A DNA stretch of 54,598 bases, filler included, from Bipalium vagum (lineage: Eukaryota): assembly GCA_037834085.1 (NCBI GenBank). It is 3 parts of 3 records of this genome, joined end to end, with 100 filler letters (N's around TTAATTAATTAA, not from the genome) between each part and the next. Parts side by side here need not be neighbours in the genome. Positions count along the whole stretch, not along the records: positions 1 to 18,197 come from JBBMKC010037104.1; positions 18,298 to 35,760 come from JBBMKC010064243.1; 1 more part is not named here. One strand, written 5' to 3'. The position numbers and the translations under genes were made by a program. Every line of letters starts with the position of its first letter. The stretch's first letter is position 1. The notes under the pieces were generated by a model. It was not told the origin of the DNA and ran no database searches. It saw only the letters and a list, made by a program, of their open reading frames with translations. Below are positions 13,456-26,789 of this stretch, one piece after another.

Positions 13456-14660
13456 CCGGGTAAGGAATAAAAATTGGGACTTTTTGCAAAAAAAATTCAA
13501 TTAAGAATTTTGAAGAAATAATTTTATTTATACAAAAAATATCATTATACATAATGAAGATAAATATATACAAATTTTATTTATTCAACTAAGCCATCAT
13601 TATTTTGAATAATTTTTTCAATTCTGGTTCGGAATCTTTGGCATGTTCTTCGAATAATTCCTCCCAAATTTTGATTAAACTGACCTTAAGAGCATTGATG
13701 TTGGCTTATTACAAGCCCTAGACTGAAGATTCACCCAGATAGAAAACTCCAAGGGATTAATATCTGGAGAATTAGGAGGCCACATATTCTTTGGTCAGAA
13801 ATTCAGCATATTTTTCTCAAGCCAGTTCTGAATCTTTTTGGGTGAACACAACTGGATACTCGGAATGGTATTTTGAGTCAATCCAAGGCTTGACATCATT
13901 CTAAGTATAAGCATAAGTATTCATTTTTAGTTTTTCTCATGAAAACAAGTGGCATTTTTACCATCTGATGCAACTAGACAGAAAACCATGACTTGGCTTG
14001 TATATTTTGTTTTAAATGCCTGTTTGATATTATCAGAAATTTACTGCTCCACCTTTTACAATATATCTATCAATCCTACTGTTTGAGGCACGGTCAACAG
14101 TGAATATCTTCTCATCAGAAAACAAGATAATTTGCGTACCTGTCTTCAAAAATGAAAGTATGCATTTACATTTTTGCAATCTAGTTTCCTTATTCATTGT
14201 TGTTTGTAGAGGCCGTGAAGTTCTACTAAGTTCTCGTAGATTCTTAGACCAAGTTGAAGTCATTGGCCATCTGTCTGATGGGTCTGACAGGATTTCTCTT
14301 TATTCTGACTTTATTCCATTGATGGTAGACGGTTTACACTTGGATCTAGGCCTTCCACTATCAGCTGTCTTTCTATAGATCCTTTTACCTTTAAACATAC
14401 TTGGACACGAAATATTGCTGCCCAGTGTACCCCAACACCTTATACAATTTCATCTGGTCTTTTTCCCGCGTTTAAAAGATCAATAATTCTTTGATTTTTG
14501 CTTCATATCATTTTACTGTATAAATAAAAAGTAGTCTTTATTTTACTGATATGTACTACACAAAAAATACATCATAAATATATATGAATAACAAAGAAAA
14601 AAATTATTGGCGTCAAAGCAAAATAATATTTAACAGTCGCAATTTTTATTCCAAATCCAG
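13456..14660 (-). mobile_element. Decayed maT/DD37D element with both TIRs
   Basis: TIR core GGAATAAAAATTG(G/C)GACT at both ends; ILFSDEKIFTVD and WPPNSPDINPL motifs. Confidence 0.88.
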
Positions 14661-16277
14661 CTTAGTAAACGAATTCCAAATTTCCTCGCCATAAAGAAAT
14701 CATTTGAACAAGGTTGGAAAGCGTTTTAAAATTTTTATTTTGAAAAAAAAGCTCGATATTTGTTCAGCCAAATAAATCAATATAAAAAAATATTTTATTG
14801 CTTATGGAGAAATGAAGGTCATTCGTTTTTTTCATCAACTTCGTGAATAATCCGCAACTTGGTGTTATTTGAGAGGTCCATTCGCTCTCGACATAATTAA
14901 CTAAAATCGTATATTTTCACTGAACTAGTTGAAACTAATAAGCTAAAAAGTAAATAAACGAGATTTATATACATTAAAATAAATTTACAATTTTTAATTA
15001 ATATTTCAAATTGTAAAACACCATTTTAAATAGATTTATTAATGGAAATATTAAAACAAGAATTTTTACTAATTATAATTAAATTTATCTTGACTTGGTA
15101 TTGTATTAATCAAATCTATCTGGAAAATAATCACCTAACGCCACATTATTACTTGTAATAACTGATAGCTTGAATTAATCATATTTGTATCAACCAACTT
15201 TTTTACAAGGTGATAAAACAGATAAATGCTGTTGACAGAGAAAACGTTTGTAAAATCTGATAGTTCGTAACGAACAACTTTGTAAAAACCGGAAGTAATT
15301 AAAAAGGAAACTAAAAGTAGAACTTATATTTTTAGCTCCAAATTATGTAGTAATTGCTAATATGATTACACGTTTAAAAACAGAAAGAGTAAGTCTTGAT
15401 TAAAATCTTTAAAAAGCATATCTTGTAATTTTTAGCAAATATAACTTTTAAAATGCATATTTTTGGTTGCCCTACTTTCCACTGAACTTCAATCAATCAT
15501 ATTCGATATTTCAAAGATAAGTGTAGTCTGATATCGTGGCTTTTTTAGATTTTGCTTATTGATTACAATACAGATAAGAATCAATTTAAGTGATTGCTTT
15601 CCATTCCAACCAAACATAATGTTGTTTGATATCAATCCATGTTGTCCTGCCGTTTGAGGAGCTTCCCTTTGTATGAACAATGATCTAATTCAAAAATTAT
15701 TACATATGTAAGCTATATTTCGTCTCCCATAATATTTTTCAGAAATTTCATGAAACTTTTAAAGTAGTACAGTAAAGCTTGAAAATCAGCTCGTTTCATT
15801 TTTTTAATTTTATTTAAACATTAAATTTCCTTTTTAATCAAACACTTTAAAAATGATTAATTTTTTTAAATGATTAAATCTCTTATAACTCCTTATAAGT
15901 GGATCTAGTTTTATTCCTGTAAGATATTTTCAGTAACTGGGTGGCCAGAGCGAGATATGACTTTGATACCGAATTTTCTAGATTAAAACAAGATTTTATT
16001 TCTCACCAATACCTCATTATTTTCTATTAAAAAAGGATCTCCTAAAATTTGAAAACTAGTTGTTTGATTATTATTTGTTTCTTCAAAAATGCAATAATAT
16101 TTTAAAAATTAAAAAATTTATCATAAATCAATTAATAATTAAAGTTTTCAATTATTCGATCGATAGATAAAAAATTTTTTAAAAATACAATAAAATCCTA
16201 TGAAGAAATAAAATAACTTATGAAGTTAATCATCAATTATATAGAATAATTGAATAAAATATAAGAGACAATCTCAC

Positions 16278-17162
16278 ATTAATTGTTGATTTATGAATTT
16301 GCAATTCTGAGGCTATTTTATTTTGATTATCGACGGCTTCTTTCTTGTCGTCCAAACATTTCTTAAGTTCTTCTTTCAACTGTCTTAGGTTACAACTCAA
16401 AGTATTCGATAACATATCCTCTGAATTTTGATATTTTTTCACAATTTCTTGACAATTTGTTCTCAACGTACTATTTTCCTCTTTCAGTACCATTATTACA
16501 CGTTGAAGCTCTTCGTGTTTCTTTTTTGTGTCGATATTTCTTTCGATTTCTTCATCGAAACGCATTTTTTCCGTTTTTAATTTTTGTTCCGAAATTGTTA
16601 AAGACGCCTTGATATTGTTCAATTCTCTTTCATTTGATGAAAATTCTATACTTTTCAATTTCAACTCTCTTGTTAGTTTTTCTTTTTCGGTGATTATTTG
16701 ATCATTATTATACTTGAATTCTCTTAACCGGCCTTCTAATTCCTTGACTTTCTTTTGAATATCAAGATTTTTTTGCTCAGCCTGAGCAAATTTTAAAACC
16801 ATTGACTCTTTGTTATGCTTTTCATCTTCATAAATTTTAGTCATATGTTCAATCTTCTGTCGTAATTCAGATTTTAGCTGAGATATTACTTTGTGTAGAT
16901 TGTCAGATTCTTCTTTCAACTTTATTTTTTCAGTTTTTTGTACTTTTAACATATCTTCAAGATTTTTGTTTTGATTATTAAGAAATTCAATAACTTGAAC
17001 ATTACTCTCTGATTCTTCATTTTTCGAAATATTATTCAGTGGTTTAATATCTGATTCTTCATTTTTCGAAATATTATTCAGTGGTTTAATATCTGATTCA
17101 TATTGCAATTCGTTCATTTCTTGTGTAACTGGTTTCTCAGGTACTTCATTCATATCACTCAT
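16278..17162 (-). CDS. CCDC186: CCDC186 first coding exon (coiled-coil protein)
   Basis: 885-nt ORF from ATG 17162 to donor AAT|GTGAGA; KESMVLKFAQAEQKNLDIQK resembles CCDC186 [20 protein letters not shown]. Confidence 0.88.
17008..17099. repeat. Perfect in-frame 42-bp tandem duplication inside the CCDC186 exon
   Basis: About 2.2 identical copies encoding ESDIKPLNNISKNE. Confidence 0.95.
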
Positions 17163-18197
17163 TTTCAAACTAAAATAACATTATATTATTATATACCAAT
17201 CTAGTTAAAAACTAATTTTTATTGAAAATAATTTATATATATATCTAAAAATAAATTTAAATTTATTATTACAATTATATAAATCTCATGTCATAAAACA
17301 AATAAAAATATCAAAAATATTAATAAAAAATATTGTTTTACAGATTATTGTAAATATTTTTAAATGATAACATTTTTTAATTTAATTTTATAGTTATCAC
17401 AATACTAAAATTTAATCATTTATTGAAACAGGTAAGTATTAAATAATAAGGGTTTATATCAAAATTTGAAAAACTACTGACCTTTCTTTAAATTTTCAAT
17501 GGTAAAGATGTATTTATTAAAATGTCAAATTACACATATTTTATGATTTCACATTATAAAAATAAATTACATTGATTAATATTGGTTTCATGTGTTTCAG
17601 ATTAAAATTTTTTTAAGAATAAATAAAATGGTAGATACAATTTAAAAGTGATTATTTAAAATAAATATAAATTCAGAATTTTTAAGTTCATATTTTTTTA
17701 TCTGGTAATCACATAATTCCTATTTTATTATATGTATGTAATTCTCAATTAATATATCAAGCCCGCAATGGATTTCTGTCAACCACCATTGACCAAATAT
17801 TGAAAGTCGTGGTTGATGCAAGAATCCTGACAGTCATACACCATTTTTTATATTGAAATTAATGACATTGTTGATATTTTTGGTAATTTACTCTCGTTAA
17901 ATTGTGTTTCGTTGACATTATTATTACTATCATCATTTTTTTTACTTTTGTCATTAGTTTCATTTCATTTAATCAATTTTGAATTCAAATTATTACTGAA
18001 ATTTGATTTATTGGATGAGAAATAATTTGACGTTATATACTCATGCTCAAAAGTGTTAGGAAAGTAGAATTTATTACCAAAAATAAAGAAAATGTTTTAT
18101 TTACCTGTTTTAATCTATTTAATTTAAATTTATTTTTAATCTAATGAAGAGTTTTTTGTTTTAATATATTAATTATCAAATAATAAAAATGGAAAAG

Positions 18198-18297
18198 NNN
18201 NNNNNNNNNNNNNNNNNNNNNNNNNNNNNNNNNNNNNNNNNTTAATTAATTAANNNNNNNNNNNNNNNNNNNNNNNNNNNNNNNNNNNNNNNNNNNN
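18198..18297. other. Artificial contig spacer (N44-TTAATTAATTAA-N44)
   Basis: Six-frame stop linker centred in an exact 100-nt gap. Confidence 0.97.
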
Positions 18298-18372
18298 TGT
18301 ATAACCCCCATTTAGTAAAAATTTTTTGGTAAAAAAAAGTATAACCCGCGGGTTATACACGCGAAAATACGG
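18298..18372. mobile_element. Terminal end of a pogo/Tc2-type element or MITE
   Basis: ...CGCGAAAATACGG|TA terminus typical of pogo/Tc2 TIRs, plus perfect subterminal palindrome GTATAACCCGCGGGTTATAC (18339-18358). Confidence 0.6.
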
Positions 18373-19767
18373 TAATCTAAATTATTTTTCAACTACTTTC
18401 ATTGATGGTAGTGAGAAATTTGTTTAAACTGACAATCATTCACACAAAAAATTAATATTATTTTCTTTGGTTATACTTTTCTCAATTGATGAGGAACAAT
18501 TATAATTTTCTACTAATAATTTATATTAATTATGATAAATTCAGAAAATTACAATTTTAAAATAATTACAGAATCAGCCTAATCAATTAATGATAAAGGG
18601 AAAGCAAGAAACGTTTTCTGTTAATCCAGATTAATTGTTTACGGATTCCACTAAATTTTGCTCAATTTAATCAACGAAACAGAAATTAAGTCAAAATATA
18701 GTCAAAGTCCTTTACATTTTTATGTAAGAGTTTATTCTAAGTGAAAGTGTGAGAAGATTTTATCTTTTTCAAAGAAAAGTAAAGATAGATTTTTGGTTAT
18801 TATAATAAGGAAATTTCATTAAGCTTCCTAAAATCCTCATTTGTAAATTTTAATTAAATAATTTACACACACACACAAATGAAAAATATTATCTTAAATA
18901 TTAATTTATATTTAAAAATAAATTTTATTGAAAGAAATTTATTAATTTTACTTAAAATCAAATTCATTTATCTTTTTTATTTTATTTAAATATTTAAATA
19001 TTTTGTAATATCAATATCGGTAAATTGGAATTTTATTTAATAACATTATAGTATTATAAAAAAAATTATGGATAATAGTTAACACATACGCACTTTGCAC
19101 AGTAATTTTCATGTGAAAAAAAATAATGTGAATATAACAATAATTTAAATAATTTAAATAATTAGAGAATTGCCTGTAATTGACGAATAAAGGTTATCTG
19201 TGTAAATATATTATTTTTTAATAAAAATTTGGACAAAATTAATTATTATTATTTTTTGATAATTTAGGAAATTAATTTCAGATAGCAATATAATAAATGT
19301 ATATCTTTTAGATGGTGGTATATATGAAAAAAAAATATGTCCTTAGGATTTTGTAAAACAAACTTGAATCTTTTCATCTCAGTTTCATCGAAATATCCAT
19401 ATTAATCTTGAGAAAATGAAACATTTTTTGAAAACATTTAAAGTAAAAAAATAAAGTTGTCCTCTGGTGAATTTTAAAAAAATAAAACAAAATTATCAAG
19501 TGGAAATTATTTTTCTTTTAATGAGTGACATACATGTTTCGATATTTTTTGAAATATTTTATATATTATATATATATTTTAAAAAAATAAAGAACAAAAA
19601 GTGAAAAAAAAGCAATTCGAACAGCCAATAATTTTCGTTATATATTTATAATTTATTAATTATTTTATTTTTAATTATTTTGTTGAAAAAACTTCAATAT
19701 ATTTTTTCTTTTTTCAAAAAAAAGGTAATCAAGTAATTTCGTTAATTAAATAATTAAATTATTTCAG

Positions 19768-20163
19768 GCCTGCGATAATGGTTTTCCCAAGCTGTGTTCA
19801 GAGAGTCTTACACTAGACATCAATATTATTGAAACGATGGTGACTTCAAAAAGTTTCCGAATCGAAACCATATCAAAAAACCAACTGAATATCATTTTAA
19901 TTATCGTAACAGCTGCTGTCAGTTGTCTTTTGTGCGTTGCGCTCATCGGAGTGTCTGTGTACATTAGGAAAAACTCCAATTTGTCAAACAATTCTTCAAA
20001 CAATTTCAATCACATTTCAGATTCGGTCTTCGTTTCAGATCAGAAAATAAATAATGGAAAGAGTAATGAATATATCAATGATAATCGACTTTTTTGTCCA
20101 GTTATAGGTCCTGATATTTGTGAACTGTGTATAACCGAGCCATTACTCCAACAGATCAATCCA
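19768..20163 (+). CDS. Cadherin/protocadherin-like gene: exon with end of last cadherin repeat, TM helix and start of cytoplasmic tail
   Basis: TTTCAG|GCC; ACDNGFPKL matches cadherin AxDxGxPxL; hydrophobic IILIIVTAAVSCLLCVALIGVSVYI followed by RK; donor CCA|GTGAGT. Confidence 0.75.
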
Positions 20164-20488
20164 GTGAGTGTTCCTATTACAAACTGGGGCTTATTATTTA
20201 ATAATGATTATAAAGATGAAATTGTAAAACAATTGGAATTGTATCAGTTAAGCCCTTTCTGGTATTTAGGATCGTTAAGTAGATAAGGATGTCATCTTAT
20301 TCTGATTTTCTCCAAAGATTTTGATGAATGATGTCATTAATAAAAAACTATTTCCAGATTACTTTATATTTCTTATATAAATTACGCAGCATTTTATTAC
20401 AGGATGTTCGAGATAAGTTTTCATTTTTATATTAAACTTTGTATTTTATTAAATCCACTTAACTTTCGTTTACTTAAATAAGCTGATT

Positions 20489-20490
<2 letters not shown>

Positions 20491-20523
<33 letters not shown>
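20491..20523. repeat. (AAT)n microsatellite
   Basis: Direct reading. Confidence 0.95.
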
Positions 20524-20699
20524 CATGGTAAAATAAACATTAAATTTTTTATATGACTTCAGAATGTAATATAAGAGGAACCGAGCTGGAAAATCTTCGT
20601 ATTGGAAAAATATCTAAACAAATTATTTGTTTTGATATAACAATGCAATAGTTTGGAACTTTGATTAAAGGTTTAAGAAAAATAATGAAAAAGATAATC

Positions 20700-20890
20700 T
20701 AAATGCAAAAGAAAAAGCTACATAAAAATTATCATTCAAAATCCAATCGTTATTTCGTAGGTTATTTAAAAGAGAAGATAGGTGCTGATGGTTCAAAAAA
20801 TATGAATGACCTAGAGAAGGAAATGAACGTGATCAAGTCAACAGTTAGTGTCACTCGGGAAGGACCAATTAGGTATTATATACCATGAGC
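20700..20890 (+). mobile_element. Tc1/rosa-like transposase C-terminal relic
   Basis: YFVGYLKEKIGADGSKNMNDLEK resembles F.WGYLK.KVY......DLK. Confidence 0.45.
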
Positions 20891-21803
20891 TGATGCAATT
20901 GAATAACACAATCAGAGATTTTATAGGACCAACTGTGTTGTGTTATTAAACAATTTTACTTAATATATTTCATGTTTTGAAAATATTTTACAAACAATTC
21001 CGGTAAATTAACTCTGAATAAATGGAAAATATACGATAATTATTAAAAGATAAATATATTATTAATTTTAATTAAATAAACCAAATATGTACATTAGTGT
21101 TTCAGAGTGCTTAAACCTGTTCTTGAATAAAAGCATTCTTTGTAATCGTTACAAGTGTTTATACAGAATAAATATATGACTGACAGATCTTGAAATTTGC
21201 AAGATCGTGAAGCAAAGATGCTTTACACACTGGACTGGTACATAAGAGGACTTCAATTAGCTTCTTGCCTCAAGAATATAAATAGAAATAAGTAGTATTA
21301 ATTTTAAGTTTTTTAGATTTTTTAACAAAATAGTATAACATAACGGTGGCGAAGAAAGTCCAGCAAATCTACAAAATCAAAACGGAATATTCAATACTTA
21401 AGTCAGATATTACTCAAGTGAAAGTGATCAATCTTGCGAAATTATAAGATCTTCTGTTTTCCAAGAAAATCTATTCTGTAGGATATTATTTTTAAAGCAT
21501 TTGACTAATTTTCATCCTTAAAAACCCTATGACAACTGAATGATGCTAAAATTACATTAAATGATTTCGTTACCTCCAGAACTATAATTTTTTTCGATGG
21601 GTAAAAATAAACTTTCTCTTTCTTAAAATTTTTATTATTTTTTTAATAATAAAATATTGATGTTTTTCTTGTCAGTTTGAAATTGAAAATCAAATGATTT
21701 TTCATTAACCCAATAAAATCATTTCATATCGATTAATATTTGTCTATTTTATTTTTTATAAATTTAATTTATTAATATACTACATTTAAAATACTTTATT
21801 TAG

Positions 21804-21882
21804 GTTGTGTATTCCACAGTGTTTACCAATAACTATGTCTCTGAAACACCTGACTCTCTTATCAATAATATATCTCATGAAA
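21804..21882 (+). CDS. Cadherin-like gene, small cytoplasmic exon
   Basis: TTTAG|GTT...A|GTAATA; open frame VVYSTVFTNNYVSETPDSLINNISHE; phase 0/1 bridges both neighbours. Confidence 0.6.
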
Positions 21883-23249
21883 GTAATACAATTTTATTTA
21901 ATGAATGTTGTATTATATATTATTTTTCATGTATTATAAAATTTATAATATATAAATCATGTATTATATAAATAATAAATTTTATTTTTGAAGAGATTAA
22001 ATATTTTAATAGTATATAAAATTAATTTATAAATACTTAATTTAAATCATAATATTAGATACACTTAAGTAATATCGATTTTTAAGAATTTTAATCATAA
22101 AATGGTACAGATCATAAACATTAATTAAATAAATATGTACCATTGTTTTCCAAATATCACTAAGTTGTTTCATCATGACATCTTTATAGATATATTTTGG
22201 ATAGCAATATTTACATTTTTATTAGAAATGACTTTTTCCGAAAACATGTTGCATTTGATCGGAGCTGATGGTAGTCAGGCATGCTATGTCGCCTTACATG
22301 CTCCTCATCAGTAATGACATCATATCTGTTTGTCAAAGCTACCCACATTTATTCAATTTCTCCAACTGAGTATAATACATATTCCCAGTTATTGTTTCGA
22401 TAGATTTCAGAAGATTTAGATATACAATACCCTTAACGAACCACTGAAACTTAAAATGGTCTTTTTATGATTTTAGTTCTTTAGCGATGAACTTGTCATA
22501 CATAAATTTTTTATCATTAAAATTTTATGAAATAACCGAAAAACTGGATATCATATAATTTAAACAATTTATTAATTGATTGAATATGAAATATTAAAAA
22601 ATCAACATTATTTGTGTTTCGGTCTAATATTTAAAATTGATATTATTTTAAAACTTGACCCAGAGAAAACAGTTTTATTCAACTGATGATTTATTTTATT
22701 GATTTTTTATGTATAAATTGAAAAATTAATTCCCATTTCAATCTTAGTTTTATTCTTTTTACAACATGAAGTTAAAAAAAATATTTTCACATCGTTTTCC
22801 CAAAAATAATTGTGCAGTTCAAATTGTAATAATTTATATTACGTGTTTTTATTTCCATTAAAATTTATGAAATAATAAAAAATAATCTTATTTATTTACA
22901 TGATAAAAAAATAAATTATTTAATTGCTGCAAATTCCGCTAATGAGTTTTTAATTTGTAGATAAGAAATTTGATATTTGGAGTCTCAAAGTTCATTTTTC
23001 CCTTTCTGAAGTAATTGAAATGTTCAAAATATTTTTATTTAAAAGATGTAAAATTTTATGGGCTGAAAGAAAGCGTCTTGTAATATCCTTACATTACATT
23101 TATTACAAAAAATTGTTTTATTTAAAAAAGTGTACTCTTTAATGAGTATTTTTTATTCAATGTTTTCAAATCTTAATATGCCGTATTTTGCAGATCAGTA
23201 TAATTAATTTTCTTTTTATAAGTTCAGACGAATTACATTTTTCAACATG

Positions 23250-23720
23250 TCAAGGTAAATATTCTTATTTACTGTTTCATAGAAGAAAAAAGGGCTCTAT
23301 AAGGAATAGAATGCAGCCACAGATTTTTTCTGGATGAAGTGCTTTTGTCATGAAAGAAGAATTTTGGCAGTGATATCGGCTAATTTCACCATTGATGTGG
23401 AATTATGCTTCATCAGTCCAAAAAGTGTTAGGCAGGATATCCTGATGCTTCAGAAACCACAGACTAATTTTAACTCGCTCCTTATAATCTGTCGCTGCTG
23501 ATCCATATCGTTGCTAATCTTTTATTAAAACATCAACCCTTCGGAAGTTCTCAAACAAATTCCGATATTAGCGTTCTTTTTATGCATCTTTGACATACAC
23601 CTCAATTTTTTTGTAAGCTTGTGATAATAGACATGTAAAATATTCCGCAAATGCGTGTTCCGATCTTTCATACCGAAGCTGACAAATAAAAAGATCAAAG
23701 CTATCTACGAAACTAATGTA
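23250..23720 (-). mobile_element. rosa/DD41D transposase relic
   Basis: FWTDEA*FHINGEISRYHC resembles DD41D FSDEAHFHL.G.VN..NC. Confidence 0.65.
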
Positions 23721-26700
23721 CTGATTGAAATCGATTATCTTTTTCTATTATTATTATATAAATAATGAATATTTTATTTAAAATACTGTTCAATTTGAGT
23801 CGGCAATTGCTTTCTTGACAACATATTATTTTATTTGTTATTATTATTATTATTATTATTACATAAGTATTTTATTATTAATATTAATATTATTATATTG
23901 TTATTATTGTTTTAATATAATATCAACAAACCTGACCTGGAACGTAATTGAATATTAAATAGTCTTATTTTCTTTACTAGACTGTATCTTCTAAAATTAC
24001 CGATTATATTTGAAATTCTGTTTCAAGGAATTCATTTTCCTTTAGAAAAATATGATTTTTCGGATCTCAGACAAAGTGATTCTTTTGTTGTAAACCAAAT
24101 AATAAAATATCTGTTTCATAAGATATGATTATTTATGATTAAGATATATCTGACTACTTAGAAATCCTATGACTTTACCTATGAAGTTGCCGATTCAAAA
24201 CTATACATTTACATTTAATTTTATGAAAAATAAACAAAATATAATTCATCAAAATATTCACTTTTTGTCATTTTAAGAGAAGTTTATTTATACCGTTAGG
24301 ATAGAAATCTTAAGATCTGATCGAGATGAAGTCACAGAATACCTGCTCAATTTTCTCGTTTTTTTCTAAAATTGTTTTCCTTGGATAAAATGATTTAAAT
24401 CTCAAAAGAAATGAAAGTCTGTTGAAAAAAATCAGGCAAATAGGGTCTTTTTAGAGTTTCCAATTTCATTTCCTGTAATGTTGGTACGGTCTTTCTAGAA
24501 GGATGAGACGATCATTATCATTCAGGAAAATGGGTGAAGATCGAATAGCCAATTTTGGCTGCTTCATTTCTAAAATCCGTTACTTTATTCAAATTATAAA
24601 AATTATATATATAAATATATAAATAATGTTTTACTGTTGAGATATAGAAGGAATATCACTTTTATAGTTTGAATAATATTTTTAATCTTTTTTAAGAAAA
24701 TATATATTATTTTCATTATATTTATTTATAAGGATAAATCAAATACAGTTTTTTACTATAAGCATTATATGATAATAATAGAAGCTGATATTATCAAACA
24801 TAAACCCTTAAGTAATTTTAGTATTCTTAATAAATATCAAAATAAATGTATGTCATTGTGACTTATAAATCTGCAGACTATTTTTTAATTTTATTTTATT
24901 CAAAATAAATATATGAAATATAACATAAATGTCTCTTAAGAATGACGAAGTATTATTATTTATTATGATTATTTGAAATAGATTTTATTCATTTTATCAA
25001 AAGAAATTTCATGTACAATTAAAAATATATATAAAGTAACAATTTTGATGAAAATCTTTTTTTATTTCCACTTTTCAAAAAATGATTTTCAACTAATTTA
25101 GGAAATAAAATCTGATATTATTTATTTTCGCATATATCAGGAAGATTATTCAAAAAGTATAAAGTTTCTTTCTAACTTAATCAGGATAAACAATATCATT
25201 TCCATTGATATCACTCATTGCAATGTATGACCTAAATTCACCCCGTAAACCTTTTGATAATAATAATTCTTATTTTTACATTGTATTCAGCTATTTTAAA
25301 TGAGAAAAAGGATAAAAATAATAATTACTGAACTGTAAAATAATCATATCATATAAATCAGTGGGATCTTTAAATTATACATACTGTATAATAGGCAAAA
25401 TATTATTGGTTTAATAATATTATTTTTCCTTAATATATTCGTTGTTAATATTTTGATAATATTTCAAATAATTAAGCAATTATTCAAAGAGATTAATTAT
25501 TTCATAACAATGAGATTTTTAAAATTTCAATCTTTTTTTACATAATTAAATGTTTTAATTAATTAAAAGTTTATTATAATACATGTTAAAATTTTATATA
25601 AATTTAAAAAAATAATTAGAGCTGACTAAATAAATCTCAAAATATTTCGAATATATCGGCAATGAATTATTGAAGATTAAAATATTTAATTAATAAAAAT
25701 AGTAAATGACTCAGATGAAACAAAAATATAAATAAATAAAATATATTTAAGACTTTCAGAAAATCTTTGGTAGAAGTTTGATAAATTATTAAACACTTGC
25801 TGAAATATCTTGATTTTTATATTTTAATAAAAAATAAAATATTTTTTATATTATTAAAATTTTTCATAATTTATTGTATTCTGAAAAAAGCAACATAATA
25901 ATAATAATATTATTATTATTAATACTACTACTACTAATAATAATAAATAAATAAATAATAATAATAATAATAATAATAAAATGTATCAAATATGATTTCT
26001 GCTTTAATTAAAGATCAAATATTTTGGTTGATTCATGAAATGATTTTTTTACTATTTACATTTTTTATTATTAAATAATTTATAAATGCAAATATATTGA
26101 TAAGTTATTTTTCTCTAAAAGATTATAATGGGAATTATTCAATAAACCTTTGAACAATAAAAATCAATATTGGCCCTAAATATTAATTATGAAACACCGA
26201 GTAATCTGGTAAACGGGTTATCCTGTATTTATTAAGCTATTCAAATACTCTTCTAGGACTGTGTATTATCGAGTCACAAAGTTGCCCATCTTGTAGCATT
26301 GATCGAAATTTCAGAATATAAAAGTGTCAGTATTATGTATAAAGATGCACTTGGGTATTTAAGATAGTTGATATAGAGCTTTAATATGATTAAGGTTAAG
26401 GACCTTCTTCAAAAAATAGTTTTCAAATTTTGCTTGAAAAAAGGAATTGATGATCATCACTTTATGATGTTTTACTAAGTTCTTCACACATCTGACATTA
26501 TTATATGTTTCAGAAATCTTGGGTCTTGCTAAACCATATCTCTCTCTAAGTTCTTTATTTTTTCTTTTCAAATTGGTAATATATTTCTTGTCAACGATTT
26601 AATACTTTTCACCCAGTGTATTCTTTTGTTCTATATCACTTTTTCCTTTTTTGATTTTATTAGATTGTATTAATTAATATAAAATTTAATAGCTACAACC

Positions 26701-26789
26701 CATTATAAAATATGTGAGATTAATTAATTTACATTAGTTAAATAAAATGGTTTTTCAATATTATCTTAATTATTAATATTATAATAAAA

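Noticed and set aside
17750-18070. Alternative genetic code (TGA read as Trp)
   Set aside because: A TAA also interrupts the frame and none of the conserved-gene exons contain in-frame TGA.
18242-18253. TTAATTAATTAA as a biological motif
   Set aside because: Artificial six-frame stop linker inside N runs.
20164-20286. C-terminal part of ORF 19837-20286, and similar ORF extensions beyond the CCDC186/VWA3A exons
   Set aside because: Read-through into introns past canonical splice sites.
21334-21478. Possible extra cadherin exon
   Set aside because: The phase-0 frame hits a stop and the peptide resembles a mariner N-terminus; the flanking exons already join in phase.
22255-22312. Minus-strand CTGATGAG-GAGC...GCTCC hammerhead candidate
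   Set aside because: GAAA is replaced by GATC and there is no stem I/III; it more likely belongs to a mariner N-terminal relic.
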